Positions 48,061 to 61,450 of a stretch of DNA of 64,000 nucleotides are shown piece by piece. The notes below the pieces were generated by a model. That model saw nothing but the letters and a program-made list of their open reading frames with translations, was not told where the DNA came from and did not search any database. This DNA comes from Mobula hypostoma (lineage: Eukaryota), in assembly GCF_963921235.1 (NCBI RefSeq), contig NC_086109.1:35590001-35654000 (forward strand), given 5' to 3'. The number at the start of each line of letters is the position of its first letter. The stretch's first letter is position 1. A program made the position numbers and the translations under genes.

Positions 48061-49661
48061 TTTAAAATGTTTATGTTTTCACACTGTACTGCTACAACCA
48101 AACAAATTTCACTTCATTTTTCAGTTTTAGTAAGTCTGATTCTGATTTCAAAGAAATAAGAGCATTGGTGAGGGAAAGCAGGTGTGTCCTCACTTCCTGA
48201 TTGTAAGATAGATGCTGGAGGCTCCATTCAGTTAAGTATAAGATGAAAGCAGGGTTAGATTCACTTGAAGACACAAACTTATCAAAGCTGGATGCCTAAT
48301 TAGGACTTTTCAAAATTAAGATCGGGCTTATTTTCACTGACATGTCACGAAATTTGTTATTTTGCTGTGGCAGTACAGTGCAATTTGTAAAAAGTATACA
48401 AATAAGTTGTGCAAATGAGAACAGACATACTGACGTAGTGTTCATGGGTTGGCTGAGGGGAAGAAGCTGTTCCTAAAATGTTTAGTGTGTGCCTTCAGGC
48501 TGCAAACACCATTTTCCACCACCTTTAAGTGGAATACAGTAGTAGGATCTCAACATGAGCTGCTGAAGTGGAAGTTGACAAAGAAACAAGACACGGTGCT
48601 CTGAGAGCTGTAGCAGTTGTAGCTCAATTCACGGATTCTTGTTCCTTCTATCCAGAGACATCATTGCTGTTGCCTTGTGATGCATTGCCTTACAACATTG
48701 GCATAGCTTAGTCACACAACACGGAGAAAGGAGATAAGCAAATGATTGGTTTCAGTTCAAAGCCTCTCTCCATTGCAGAGAAACATTATCTCACCTAGTC
48801 AAAGCAAATTTACCTTTTGTCTGCAGGGTGTTGAAATTCCATAGCTATTTCTCTGGCTGTAACTTTACATTCTTGTGGACCACAAGTCAAGTGTTACTGT
48901 AGAAACCACAGAGATATAGATCAAATGACATCAACAAAAATGGGAAATGACATTGTCTATGTACCCTATGTTCCAAAGAATGCGAGAAGAAAATGTAATC
49001 AGAATGCTGGTGTGTTAAATCAACTGTTAGTAAATATGATGCAGTGTGACTGTACCTTACGTTAGGTGTATAAACACACATGGGGAATTAGAACATAGAG
49101 CTGAAAAATGTAGGAACAGGCACTTGGCTCATGATGTTATGTAACTAAATTAACTACATTAGATTTCAATTGCCCAACTAGACACAACTTTCTCCCCAAC
49201 CCCACTGATCCCCTCCATCCTTGCCCACCCCCTGACACAGAAACACACATACCTTTACCTCCTTCTCTATCTTTCTTAAGACATCAAAATCCTGAAACAT
49301 TAAGGGAGTTGTTCCGAAATGTTAACTGTTCCTAAAATTCTTGGCTTGAAATGTTGACGGTTCATCTCCCTCTGATGATGCTGCCTGATCTGCTGAGTTG
49401 CTCCAGCATTGTGTGTGTGTGTATTGCTCAAACATTTTATCCTGTTCCTCTCTCAACCAACTCTCTGTTATGGCAACAGCATCATATTATATGGACTGAT
49501 CCATGCTCTAAGTGGATCCGATAATACATCTAGCTTTAAAATACACAAACTTCAACCCATCTGTCGAATTGTGTCTATCACTCCCTTCCTGCCTACCCTT
49601 ACTGGTCAAGGTATATGCCTTCCTCTCAATTCCTCCATTTTTTGACTGAGACCTACCTAAC

Positions 49662-49715
49662 ACTCTCTCTCTCTCTCCCCCTCTCTCCCTCTCTCTCCCT
49701 CTCTATCCCTCTCCC

Positions 49716-49750
<35 letters not shown>

Positions 49751-49768
49751 GTCCCTCCCTCCCTTCCT
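49662..49768. repeat. Imperfect (CT)n microsatellite
   Basis: Directly visible pyrimidine tract. Confidence 0.95.
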
Positions 49769-49934
49769 CACCATTGACAAGTGGCTTCTCAGTGTGAGGT
49801 CTAAGTGAACAATATATACACAACTACTACATAAAAATCCCCATGCTCATTTTATATTGTGGTATTTGAGATGAGGGATGATCTGTACTTTGTTGGATTT
49901 ATGAAACTGTCATTTTATAAATCTTCAACTATAA

Positions 49935-52114
49935 ACAACCCTGTGATTTCAGTCTCTGTGGCTGACGTGAGAGCATCCTTTAGGAGGGTGAACTATCTGA
50001 AAGTATCCAGCCCAGATAGGATACCCAGCTGATAAGACCTGTGTTGATCAACTGACTGGAGTGATCACTGATATTTTTAACCTTTTGCTTCCGCGATGCC
50101 CACCTGCTTCAAAGAGACTTCAATTATACCAATGCCTAAGAATAATGTGATAACATGTCTCAATGACTATCATCCAGTAGTGCTCACATCCAAAGTGTTG
50201 AAGTGCATTGAGAGGTTGGTGATGAAACATATCAACTCTTGCCTGAGAAGCGAATTGGATCTGCTCCAACTTGCCTCCCTTCACAACAGAGGCCATTTCA
50301 TGGCTCTTCAGTGCTCTTCATTGACTACAGTTCTGCATTCAATACTATCATCATATCAAAACTAATCAATAAGCTTCAAAACCTTGGCCTCAGTACTTCC
50401 TTGTGCAACTGGATCCCCAGTGTTCTCGATGTTCCCAGTCATTTTGGACCGACAACAACATCTCCTCCAAATCTCCATCAGCACAGGTGCACTACAAGGC
50501 TAGGTGTCTAACCCTATTTATACTTATGACTGTGAGGCTAAGTTCAACTTCAATGCTATATTTAAGATTGCTGATGACATCGCTGTCGTTGGCCAAATCA
50601 AAGGTGATGATGAATCAGGACAGAAGGGAGAGATTGAAAATTTGGTTGAGCGGTGCCGTAACAACAACATCTCACTCCATGTCAGAAAGACCAAGGAGCT
50701 GATTATTGATTTCAGGAGGAGGAAACTAGATATCCGTGAGCCAGTCCGCATCAGGCGATCAGATGTGCAGAGAGTCAGTAGCTATAACTTCCTCAGTGTT
50801 AGTATTTGAGAGGAACTGTCCTGGTCCAGCACATAAATGCTATTATGAAGGAAGCATGGCAGAGCCTTCACATTCTTAGAAGTTTCCCAATATTCTGATA
50901 TGATCTAAAACTTAAACAAACTTCTGTAGATGTGTGGTGAAGACTAAATTGATTGATTACATCATGGCCTGATATGGAAACATCAGTGCACTTGAATGGA
51001 AAAGCCTGCAAAAGTAATGGATACCGCCCCAGTTCATCATGTGTAAGGCCCTCGCCACAACTGAGCACATCTACACAGAGCATTGTCGTAGGAAAACAGC
51101 ATCCATCATCAGAATCCCCCACCATCCAGGCCATGCTCTCTTCTCACTACTGCCACCAGGAGAAGGTTCAGAAGCCTCAGAACCCTTACCAGCAGGTTCA
51201 GGAACCATTATTACCCCTCAACCATCATGCTTTTGAACCAGAGAAGATAATTTCATCATCTGCACTTGCCCCATCGCTGAAATGTTTCCCAAAACTATGG
51301 GCTTGCTTTCAAGTACTCTTCATCTCATATGCTTAATATTTATTGTTTTTTTTCCCGTTTTGTCTTTGCACAATTGGCACAGTCTCTTGCAAATTGGTTG
51401 AGCCATTTCCATTCCCATTCTGACAGGTTAGTCCATTGCCTCCTCTACTGTCGCAATGAGGCCACACTAAGGTTGGAGAAGCAATGCCTTATATTCCGTC
51501 TGGTTAGCGTCCAACCTGATTGCGTGAACATTGATTTCTCAAACTTCCGGTAATTCCACCCCCCGCCCTCGCCTCCCTTCACCATTCCCCTTTCCCTCAC
51601 AAACCTTTCTCCTTAGCTGTCCGTCACCTCCCTCTGGTGATCTGCTCCTTTTTTTTCTTCTATGGCCTTCTGTCCTCTCTTGTCAGATTCTCCCTTCTCC
51701 GGCCCTGTACCTTGTTTCACCAATCAAATTCCCAACTCATTATGTCACCCCTCCTCTCCGCCCCCACCTCTCAGTTTCACCTATCACCTCACAATGCTTC
51801 CTCACCTCCCCCCACCTTCTTACTCTGACTCCTCATCGTTTTTTCTCCAGTCCTGATGCAGGGTCTTGGCCTGAAACATCAGCTCCACTCTTTTCCATAG
51901 ATGCTGCCTGGCCTGCTGAGTTCCTCCAGCATTTTGTGTGTATTGCTTGGATTTCCAGCATCTGCAGCTTTTCTCCTGTTTGGTGTTGGGTGTTGTCTTT
52001 CATTGATTCTATTGTGCTTCTTATGCTTACTGAGAATGTCTGCAATAAAATGAATCTCAAGGCTGTATATGGTGACATATATATATTTTGATGATAAATT
52101 TAGTTTGACTTTGA
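49935..52114 (+). mobile_element. Rex1/Babar-type LINE (RT to 3' end), interrupted by a Penelope-like fragment
   Basis: PTCFKETSIIPMPK...[49 protein letters not shown]; tail gactttga. Confidence 0.88.
51395..51980 (+). mobile_element. Older Penelope-like 3' fragment with hammerhead relic
   Basis: HSHSDRLVHCLLYCRNEATLRLEKQCLIFRLVSVQPDCVNIDFSNFR; agtcCTGATGCagggtcttggcctGAAAcatc at 51849-51880. Confidence 0.85.
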
Positions 52115-53740
52115 AATAGACCGAGTTAAGGTGCAACCCACCCCTCTTGTACAGGACGCACCATGTCCCAAAAAACATTCCAGTGATCTATGGACCTGAA
52201 AACCTGTCCCCAAACCATTTCCACAGCCACACATTCATCTGTTCTATCTTTCTATTTCTGCCTTCTCTAGCTTGTAATATTGAGTTTACTGTCTTTGAGG
52301 TTGAGTATTTATGCCTCTTTCCTATACTCACTGTGTAGCACCTCTCCTATCTTTCTATTGAGGTCATTGGTGCCAATATTCACCACACTTTTGGCTGCTC
52401 ACTGTCCCTTGGGAATGTTCTGCATCTGCTCTGAGACATCCTCGACATTGGCACATAGGAAATAACACTCCACCCTGGCATATCTTTCACGGACGCAAAA
52501 CCTCCTGACTGTCTCCCTAACCATCAATTCTCCTGTCACTGTTGCTCTGCCTAATTTCACCATTCACTGCTAAGCCTCAGAGCTGGCCACAGTGCCACTG
52601 ACATGGCTGCTGCCACAGTGCCACTGACATGGCTGCTGCCGCAGTGCCCTGGAAGTCATTCTGCCGCCCCACGGCACTGTCTGAAGCGCTATACTTATTG
52701 CTGAGAGGCAGTTCCTGCATTGCCTGTCCTTTCACCATATCTCTCCTTGTGGTCACCTAAGCATCTGCAGCCTATATGTTTGCTCTGACCACCTCAGTGA
52801 AACTCTTCTCTTTGACGCTTTCAGCACCCTGCATAATCATTCGGGCTTCCAGTAAGATGGCAGCACGCTTGGTCACAGCAACCTCTCCAGATAGAACAAA
52901 TGGTGAAAATGCACGCCTTAAACATTTTCCTTGTGTTTGCAAGACCCTGTTAGACACTGGTAAGATAAAATAATCCAAGTCCGGTTCACTGGTGAGACCA
53001 ACGCTGGGGGAGCTCTGTGTTGTCGGTCGCTGTATAGACCAGGTTCTCATGCTGTGGCGCCACCCAGGGGAGGAGGCACTGGAGCCGGTATGGGACAGAA
53101 CAGAGGTGCAGTGGCCACGCTGGGTTGGGTGCTGGCCGCTCCTCTCAGTGCTGCTCTCCAGCGTTTGCTCCAGCTGGATTGCTTGTGGCTAACTCAATGC
53201 CAGACAACCTGATTTGCATTTGTACGTGGCTGGTACTGCTTGAGATGAGGAACTGCTGTGTGCTTGTTCCTGCAGAATCCAAACTCCAAGACAACACCCT
53301 ATGCACCAACCTTCAGGCCATGCCACTTAGGGACTTGTGCCAATATTACTTTTGACTATATGTGCTATCGTTACTATATGTGCTGTGTGCTGTGTGTGAC
53401 TGTGTGTCCTGTGTTTTGCACTTTGGTCCAAGAGAAATGCTGTTTGGTTTATCTGCATAGATGTGCATGGTTGAATGGCAATTAAACTTGAACTTAAGTT
53501 GTCCAACTCCAGCTCCAGTTCCTTCACATGGTCAGTCAAGAGACGTAGCTGGCTGAACTTCCCATAGGTGAAGCTATCAGAGACATGGGAAATCTCCCTG
53601 ATCTCTCACATCCTGCAGGAGAATCATGCCACTGCCCTAACTGACTTCCCAGATACACCTGGAGAAATGATAATTCAGAGGAAAATCTCACCTGAACCCA
53701 CCGGCATGGCCATTCCTAACCGACAGCCTCCTGGATCAAA
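52115..53740 (-). mobile_element. Decayed CR1 5' region/ORF1, interrupted at ~52853-53497
   Basis: Minus-strand peptides LYKRGGLHLN (esterase end) and TDHVKELELELDNL (leucine zipper). Confidence 0.65.
52853..53497 (+). mobile_element. Short non-autonomous retro-element (LINE-like 5' start joined to a Rex-like 3' tail)
   Basis: Begins aagatggcag; GC-richer head; ends attaaacttgaacttaa; interrupts CR1 ORF1. Confidence 0.4.
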
Positions 53741-55564
53741 GCCTTAGGGCGAAAGTATAAGTGCAATTCAATGTGAAGTTGGTGTATGTATTACCACAGG
53801 AACTCAGCAGATTGGGCAGCATCTATGGAGGGGAATAAACAGCCGACATTTTGGCCAGAGACCCTTCAAGAGGCTTGCATTAAAATAACCTGGAAATTCT
53901 GTGCATAGAGACATGCAAAGGATTATACTGTGGGAGAGTAACATTCTAACATGTAAACTTTGTGCACGTTAGAATCAGAAATACTGAGTTCCCTGTGTAT
54001 AACTCATCATGAAATGCACATTAATGAGAGTAACATTGAAAGGTTTAAACTTCAGTATGATCACCCAACATGCCAGCAGTTCTTAAAGCAGTATTTCGCA
54101 AAATCTACCCACCACGTCAATTAATGGGATCAATAAAAGGTCAGTGATCAGGATAAACTGCCTAGATGAGTGATGGGCTGCCATTAGGACTGGGCTGCTT
54201 AGAGGTCGACACCCATTGGCAGTATTATCATAGTTCCCAGACAATTAGCAAAGGGAACTGACCTACAGAATAGATAACTTTAGTACTGCTCTGGATAAAG
54301 GAAGTCCTTGCCTCAGTCTTGCAAACCTCATGCATGCTTAATGGAGGGAACTGTAACTAAAAATGTTGCAGAAGATCTTCACCCTCTATTAAAGGCCTTG
54401 TCTTTGAAAATGACTTTGTCTTTGAAAAGACATTAGCAAAGACTTCTTTGCTAATTTATAGCAGATGCATAGAAGCTTGTGTTGCCAATTCCCAAGGTAT
54501 CATATCTGCATATGGAATTGCCCATTGTATTACTGACCTTTTTCAGAAATCCCACTCTAAATCACAGAGTTTATAGCTCCCTATTATTAATTAGACTCTG
54601 GATTTTAAACTACAGTAAGTGTTTAGGTTAAGTGACATTCACAAATTTATTTTGTCTGTGGTATTACAAATTCACCTCAACTCTGACTGGGGCAGTGAAG
54701 GGTCTACTCCCTCTGCTGTACAAAGTCTAATTTAACACCCTTAATCTAGTTTCATGAGAGCTCAAATATGAAATGCAAAATGCACAAAAAAATTGAGGGT
54801 ATGTTAGCAGTCTTTATTAGATGACACCTGGGATTTAAAAGTATGTAATTCTGTTACAGCACTGACATAGAGCATTATATTCTCAGAAATTATGCATTTT
54901 GAAGTGCTTATATTTCTGTCAATTGTTTCATTAACTGGAGAGTTTCAGATTTTACACAATTACAACAGGAAAGTTTTTGTCTGAATTTGGCTGAGCAACA
55001 CCTGAATTACCTCATGTCACTAGCTGCTCATTGGGATCTTATTAGGTAATATAGTATGGTCAGATGAAATACAAAGAGTGGAGAAATACCTAGACTATAG
55101 ATGTCACATTGATGAACTGGTTGATTTTTCAGTGATGTATTTTCTACTTCAGATAATTAACATCCTAGCATTTTAATTTCAGATTTTCAACATAATTTCA
55201 GTTAATCGTTCTGTTATTCTGCCTTTTGTTACTCTGCTCTATCACCCCCATTGGCCAGTTAATTTCTCTGGTATTCCTACATATTGCAGACATTACCTTT
55301 TGCTCTTTGTTTTCTTCCCTCTTGCTCTGCATTTTAAAACCTGTTCTTCTCTAACTTTTTTTCCCAATTCTAATGAAAGGTCTTTGACCTGGAACATGAA
55401 CTCTGTTTATATTTCTGCAAATATGGAATATTTGTGTATTTCTGTATTTCTGTGAACAGCATGCTTGTCGAAACTGTTGTCCCTGAGGAATTGGTAATCA
55501 TTAAAATGGAATAGATAATATTCTCTTGACCTGTGAATGTTATGCCCATTACCATTATGGAACA

Positions 55565-55830
55565 GGGCACGACTGCGCAAGCGCGTGGAGATCGGCCAGT
55601 GAGAACAGCAGGAAGAGTTTAAAAGGTGATGGATATTTCTTCAGCGATTTGAATGGAGCACGACTGCACAAGCGCGTGGAGGTCAGCTAGTGAGAACAAC
55701 GGGAAAAGTTTTAAAAGTGAGCAGAGTTTACAATGTGACGGTTATTTCTTCAGCGATTTGAACGGGGCACGACTGCACAGGCACATGAAGGTCTGCCAGT
55801 GAGAACAGCAGGAAGCGTTTAAAAAGAAGA
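55565..55830 (+). repeat. Three tandem ~90-110-bp monomers in the CR1 5' UTR (putative internal promoter)
   Basis: gcacgactgc(g/a)caagcgcgtgga...agtgagaaca.c.gga.ag.tt.aaaa repeated at ~55565, ~55655 and ~55764. Confidence 0.8.
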
Positions 55831-58800
55831 CAGCTTTACAGAATGGGTGTCAGAGGAGTGGGTGACAGAGTAGAGAGAGACAGAGTAGGAAGGCTTTGGC
55901 TCAACGGGGCTTCAGCGATAAGGGGTGGAGGCGAGGTAGGTTGTCTGTTTAGAATGCAGACAGAAAGTATGTGTGTGAGGCCAGTTTTCTGTGCTTGGTG
56001 TCAGATGTGGAAGGTCCTGGAGACTCCCAGCATCCCGAATGGCCAGATCTGCACCGGATGCATTGAGCTGCAGCTCCTTAGAGACTGCGTTAGTGAAATG
56101 GAGCTGCAGCTCAATGACCTTCGTCTGGTCAGGGAGAGTGAGGAGGTGATAGAGAGGAGCTATAGGCAGGCAGTCACTCCGGGGCCTTGGGAGACAGATA
56201 AGTGGATAACAGTCAGGAGAGGGAAGGGCAAGAGCAGATGCTAGAGAGTACATCAGTGGCTGTCTCCCTTAACAATAAGTACTCCCGTTTGAGTACTGTT
56301 GGGGGAAGCAACAGTGGCCGTGTCTCTGGCACAGAGTCTGGCCCTGTAGCTCAGAAGGGTAGGGAAAAGAAGAGGATGGCAGCAGTGATAGGGAACTCTA
56401 TAGTTAGGGGGTTAGACAGGTGATTCTGTGGACGCAGGAAAGAAATATGGATGGTAGGTTGCCTCCCAGATACCAGGGTCCGGGATGTTTCTGATCATGT
56501 CCACGACATCCTGCAGTGGGAGGGGAAACAGCCAGAGCTCATGGTACATATTGGTACCAATGACATAGGTAGGAAAAAGGAGGAGGTGCTGAAAACAGAC
56601 TACATGGAGTTAGGAAGGAAGTTGAGAAGCAGGACCTCAAAGGTAGTAATCTCAGGTTTACTGCCTGTGCCACATGACAGTGAGTATAGGAATAGAATGA
56701 GGTGGAGGATAAATGCGTGGCTGAGGGATTGGAGCAGGGGGCAGGGATTCAGAATTCTGGATCATTGGGATTTATTCTGGGGGCAGGTGTGACCTGTACA
56801 AAAAGGACTGATTGCACTTTAATCCCAGGGGGACCAATATCCTGGCGGGGAGGTTTGCTAAGGCTACTAGGGAGAGATTAAGCTAGAACTGTTGGGGGGT
56901 AGCAGCAGAACTGAAGTGACGGAGGAAAGGGAGGTTGGCTCACAAACAGAGAAAGCTTGGAGACAGTGTGAAAGGGAGAATAGGCAGGTGATAGAGAACA
57001 AAGGAGCTCAGACAAGTGGTTTGAGATGTGTCTATTTTAATATGAGGAGTATTATGAATAAAGTGGATGAGCTTAGAGCGTGGATCAGCACTTGGAGCCA
57101 TGATGTTGTGGCCATTACAGAGCCTTGGATGGTGCAGGGGCAGGAATGGCTACTTCAAGTGCCAGCCTTTAGATGTTTCAGAAAGCACGAGGGTGGAGGC
57201 AGAAGAGGAAGGGGCGTGGCACTGTTGATCAGAGGTAGTGTCACAGCTGCAGAAAAGGAGGAAGTCATGGAGGGGTTGTCTATGGTGTCTCTGTTGGTGG
57301 AAGTTAGGAATAGGAAGGGGTCAATAACTCTACTAGGTGTTTTTATAGACCACCCAATAGTAACAGGGACATCGAGGAGCAGATAGGGAGACAGATTCTG
57401 GAAAGGAGTAATAATAACAAGGTTGTTGTGGTGGAAGATTTTAATTTCCCAAATATTGATTGGCATCTCTCTAGAGTGAGGGGTTTAGATGGGGTGGAGT
57501 TTGTTAGGTGTGTTCAGGAAGGTTTCTTGACACAATATGTGGATAAGCGTACAAGAGCAGAGGCTGTACTTGATCCGGTAATGGGAAATGAACCTAGTCA
57601 TGTGTCAGGTCTCTCAGTGGGAGAGCACTTTGGAGACAATGATCACAATTCTGTCTCCTTTATGAGATCATTGAAGAGGGATAGGAACAGTCAAGTTAGG
57701 GAAACATTTAATTGGAGTAAGGGGAAATATGAGGCTATCAGGCGGGATATGAGGTATCAGGCAGGAAGAATAAATTAGAAACGGATGTTCTCAGGGAAAT
57801 GGATGGAAGAAATGTGGCAAATGTTCAAGGGATATTTGCGTGGGGTTCCACATAGGTACTTTCCAATGAGACATGGAAAGGATGGTAGGGTACAGGAACC
57901 GTGGTGTACATAGGCTGTTGCAAATCTAGTCAAGAAGAAAAGAAGAGCTTACGAAAGGTTCAAAAAAACTAGGTAATGATAGAGATCTAGAAGATTATAA
58001 ACCTAGCAGGAAGGAGCTTAAGAATGAAATTAGAAGAGCCAGAAGGGGCCTAGAGAAGCCCTTGGTGGACAGGATTAAGGAAAACCCCAAGGCATTCTAC
58101 AAGTATGTGAAGAGCAACAGGATAAGATGTGAGAGAATAGGATCAATCAAGCGTGACAGTGGAAAAGTGTGTATGGAACCAAGGAGATAGCAGAGGTACT
58201 TAATGAATACTTTGCTTCAGTATTCATTACGGAAAAGGACCTTGGTGATTGTAGGGATGATTTACAGTGGACTGAAAAGCTTGAGCATGTAGATATTAAG
58301 AAAGAGGATGTGCTGGAGCTTTTGAAAGCATCAAGTTGGATAAGTCACCGGGAATGTACGGGATGTACCCCAGGCTACTGTGGGAAGCGAGGGAGGAGAT
58401 TGCTCAGCCTCTGCCAATGATCTTTGCATCAACAATGAGGACGAGAGAGGTTCCAGAGGATTCGAGGGTTGTGGATGTTGTTCCCTTATTTAAGAAAGGG
58501 AGTAGGGCTAGCCCAGGAAATTATAGACCAGTGAGTCTTACTTCAGTGGTTGGTAAGTTGATGGAGAAGAATCTGAGAGGCAGGATTTATGAACATTTGG
58601 AGAGGCATAATATGATTAGGAATAGTCAGCATAGCTTTGTCAAAGTCAGGTCGTGCCTTACGAGCCTGATTGAAATTTTTGAGGATGTGACTAAACACAT
58701 GGATGAAGGTAGAGCCGTAGATGCAGTGTATATAGATTTTAGCAAAGCATTTGATAAGGTACCCCATGCAAGGCTTATTGAGAAAGTAAGGAAGCATGGG

Positions 58801-59280
58801 ACCCAAGGGGACACAGCTTTGTGGATCCAGAACTGGCTTGCCCACAGAAGGCAAAAAGTGATTGTAGATGGGTCATATTCTGCATGGAGGTCGGTGACCA
58901 GTAGTCTTCCTCAGGGATCTGTTCTGGGACCCCTACTCTTTGTGATTTTTATAAATGACCTGGATGAGGAAGTGGAGGAATGGGTTAGTAAATTTGATGA
59001 TGACAAAAAGGTTGAGGGTGTTGTGGATAGTGTGGAGGGCTGTCAGAGGCTACAGCGGGACATTAATTGGATGCAAAACGGGGCAGAGAAGTGGCAGATG
59101 GAAGTCAATCCAAATGAGTGTGAGGTGGTTTATTTTGGTAGGTTAAATATGATGGCAGAATATAGTATTAATGGTAAGTCTCTTGGCAGTGTGGAGGATC
59201 AGAGGGATCTTGGGGTCCGAGTCCATAGGACACTCAAAGCTGCTATATAGGTTGACTCTGTGGTTAAGAAGGCATACATC

Positions 59281-59551
59281 ATACTTTACTTTACTTTATA
59301 CTTTATTGGCGCCAAACAATTGAAACTAAAACGTACAATCATCACAGCAATATTTGATTCTTCATTTCCTGCTCCCTGGATTACAAATATTAAATATTAA
59401 AAATACTAAAATAGTAAAAATAGTAAATATTAAACATTTAAATTATAAATCATAAATAGAAAATAGAAAAATGGAAAATAAGGTAGTGCAAAAAATACTG
59501 AGAGTCAGGTTCGGATATTTGGAGGGTACGGCCCAGATCCGGGTCAGGATC
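59281..59551 (-). mobile_element. Short LINE 3'-tail insertion within CR1 ORF2
   Basis: (tactt)n tail and tttatt at the left end; CR1 reading resumes at cattggccttcatc (59552). Confidence 0.6.
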
Positions 59552-60349
59552 CATTGGCCTTCATCAATCATGGGATTGAGTTTAAGAGCCGAGATGTAAT
59601 GCTGCAGCTACATAGGACACTGGTCAGACCCCACTTGGAGGACTGTGCTCAATTCTGGTCCCCTCACTACAGAAAGGACATGAAAACCATAGAAAGGGTG
59701 CACAGAAGATTTACAAGGATGTTGCCAGGATTGGGGAGCATGCCTTATGAGAATAGGTTGAGTGAACTCGGCCTTTTCTCCTCGGAGCGACGAAGGATGA
59801 GAGGTGACCTGATAGAGGTGTACAAGATGATGCGAGGCATTGATTGTGTGGATAGTCAGAGGCTTTTTCCCAGGGCTGAAATGACTAGCACAAGAGGGCA
59901 CAGTTTTAAGGTGCTCGGAAGATGGTATAGAGGAGATGTCAGGGGTAGGTATTTTACTCAGAGAGTGGTGAGTGCGTGGAAAGGGCAGCCGGTGGCGGTG
60001 CTGGAGGTGGAAACAATAGGGTCTTTTAAGAGACTCCTGGATGGGTACATGGAACTTAGAAAAATAGAGGGCTAAGGGTAAGCCTAGGTAATTCAAAAGG
60101 AAGGATGCGTTCGGCACAGCTTTGTGGGTTGAAGGGGCTGTATTGTGCTGTAGGTTTTCTATGTTTCTATATTTCTATTATCACAGCTGCTAAGTATAAT
60201 CCGATTCAGAAATATTTTCGTATGCTGCTGGAAGAAACAAAAATCAAGAAAACCCATTCAGAGGTAGTGGAATTTGAGTAAATACTGGAATACAGATTTG
60301 TATAATTGTATAAAAACACATTTACTCATTATTCACTTCAACTCATTAT

Positions 60350-60443
60350 TCATTTCCTTCGATGCTGCCTGACCCGTTGAGTTTCTCTAGAATTTTCAGT
60401 ATGTTACTCTGGATTTTCAGCATCTGCAAAATCTCTTGTGTGT
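60350..60443 (+). mobile_element. Penelope-like pLTR end remnant
   Basis: gatgctgcctgacccgttgagtttctctag...ggattttcagcatctgcaaaatctcttgtg. Confidence 0.7.
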
Positions 60444-61450
60444 CAAAGTTCAAAGTAAATTTTATTATCAAAGTACATATACCGTACGTCACCATGTACA
60501 CCCTGGGATTCATTTTCTTGTAGGCATACTCACAAATCTGTAGAATAGTAACTATAACAGAATCAATGAAAGACCACCCAAATAGGGTGTTCAACAGTAG
60601 TGCAGAAGACAACAAACTGCAAATGCAAATATTAATAACTAACAACAAGCACTGAGAACATGAGATGAAGAGTCCTTGAAAGTGAGTCCAAAGGTTGTGG
60701 GAACATTTCAATGATGGGACTAGCGAAGTTGAGTGAAGTTATCCCCTTTTCTTTAAGAGCCTGATGGTTGAGGGATAGTAACTATTCCTGAACCCAGTGG
60801 TAAGACACCTGAGGCTGTGGTACCTTCTTCCTGATGGTGGCAGTGAGAAGAAAGCGTGTCCTAGATGGTGAAGATCCCTGTTGATGGATGTTGCTTTCCT
60901 ATGAGAGCGTTTCATGTAGTTGTGCTCAATGATTGGGAAGACTTTACCTGTGATAGACTGGGCAAAGTCCACCACTTTTGTCAGATTTTCCATTCAAGAA
61001 CAATAGTGTTTCCATACCAGGCTGTGATGCAGCCAGTCAATATACTCTCCCCTACGCATCTCCAGGGTTTGTCAAAGTTTTATATGTCATGCCAAATCTC
61101 CACAAACTCTAAGGAAGAGTTGCTGCCGTACTTTCTTTGCAACTGCACTTATGTGAAGTTCAGATCAGCTCTTCTGAAATAATAACTTGTAGAAATTTAT
61201 AGTTGCTATCTCTCTGCACCTCAGATCCTCCGATGAGGACTGGCTCATGGACCTCTGGTTTCCCTTTCCTGAAGTCTACAATCAGTTCCTTGGTGTTGCT
61301 GACATGGAGTGAGAGGTTGCTGTTATGACAAGACAGCCAGATTTTCAATCTCCCTTCTCTATGCTGATTCAACATCTTTGATTCAATCCAAGACTGTGGT
61401 GTAATCAGCAGACTTGAACATGACATTGGAGCTGTGCTTAGTCGCACCAT
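60444..61450 (-). mobile_element. Rex1/Babar-type LINE 3' portion
   Basis: LHVSNTKELIVDFRKGK; HHLGHAFFSLPPSGRRYHSLRCLTTGFRNSYYPSTIRLL; (actttga) tail. Confidence 0.82.

Larger units (their letters stand above)
55564..60178 (+). mobile_element. Near full-length CR1 LINE (5' tandem monomers, ORF1 Zn-finger/zipper/SGNH esterase, ORF2 APE-RT), inactivated
   Basis: ORF1: CAWC...CTGCIELQLLRDCVSEMELQL, VIGNSIVRG, HIGTND; ORF2: FNMRSIMNK, AITEPW, DFSKAFDKVPH, PQGSVLGP; tail tttctatg; multiple stops and frameshifts. Confidence 0.93.

Noticed and set aside
55565..55830. CRISPR-like repeat-spacer pattern
   Set aside because: The intervening sequences are homologous to each other, and the array is the 5' UTR of a CR1.
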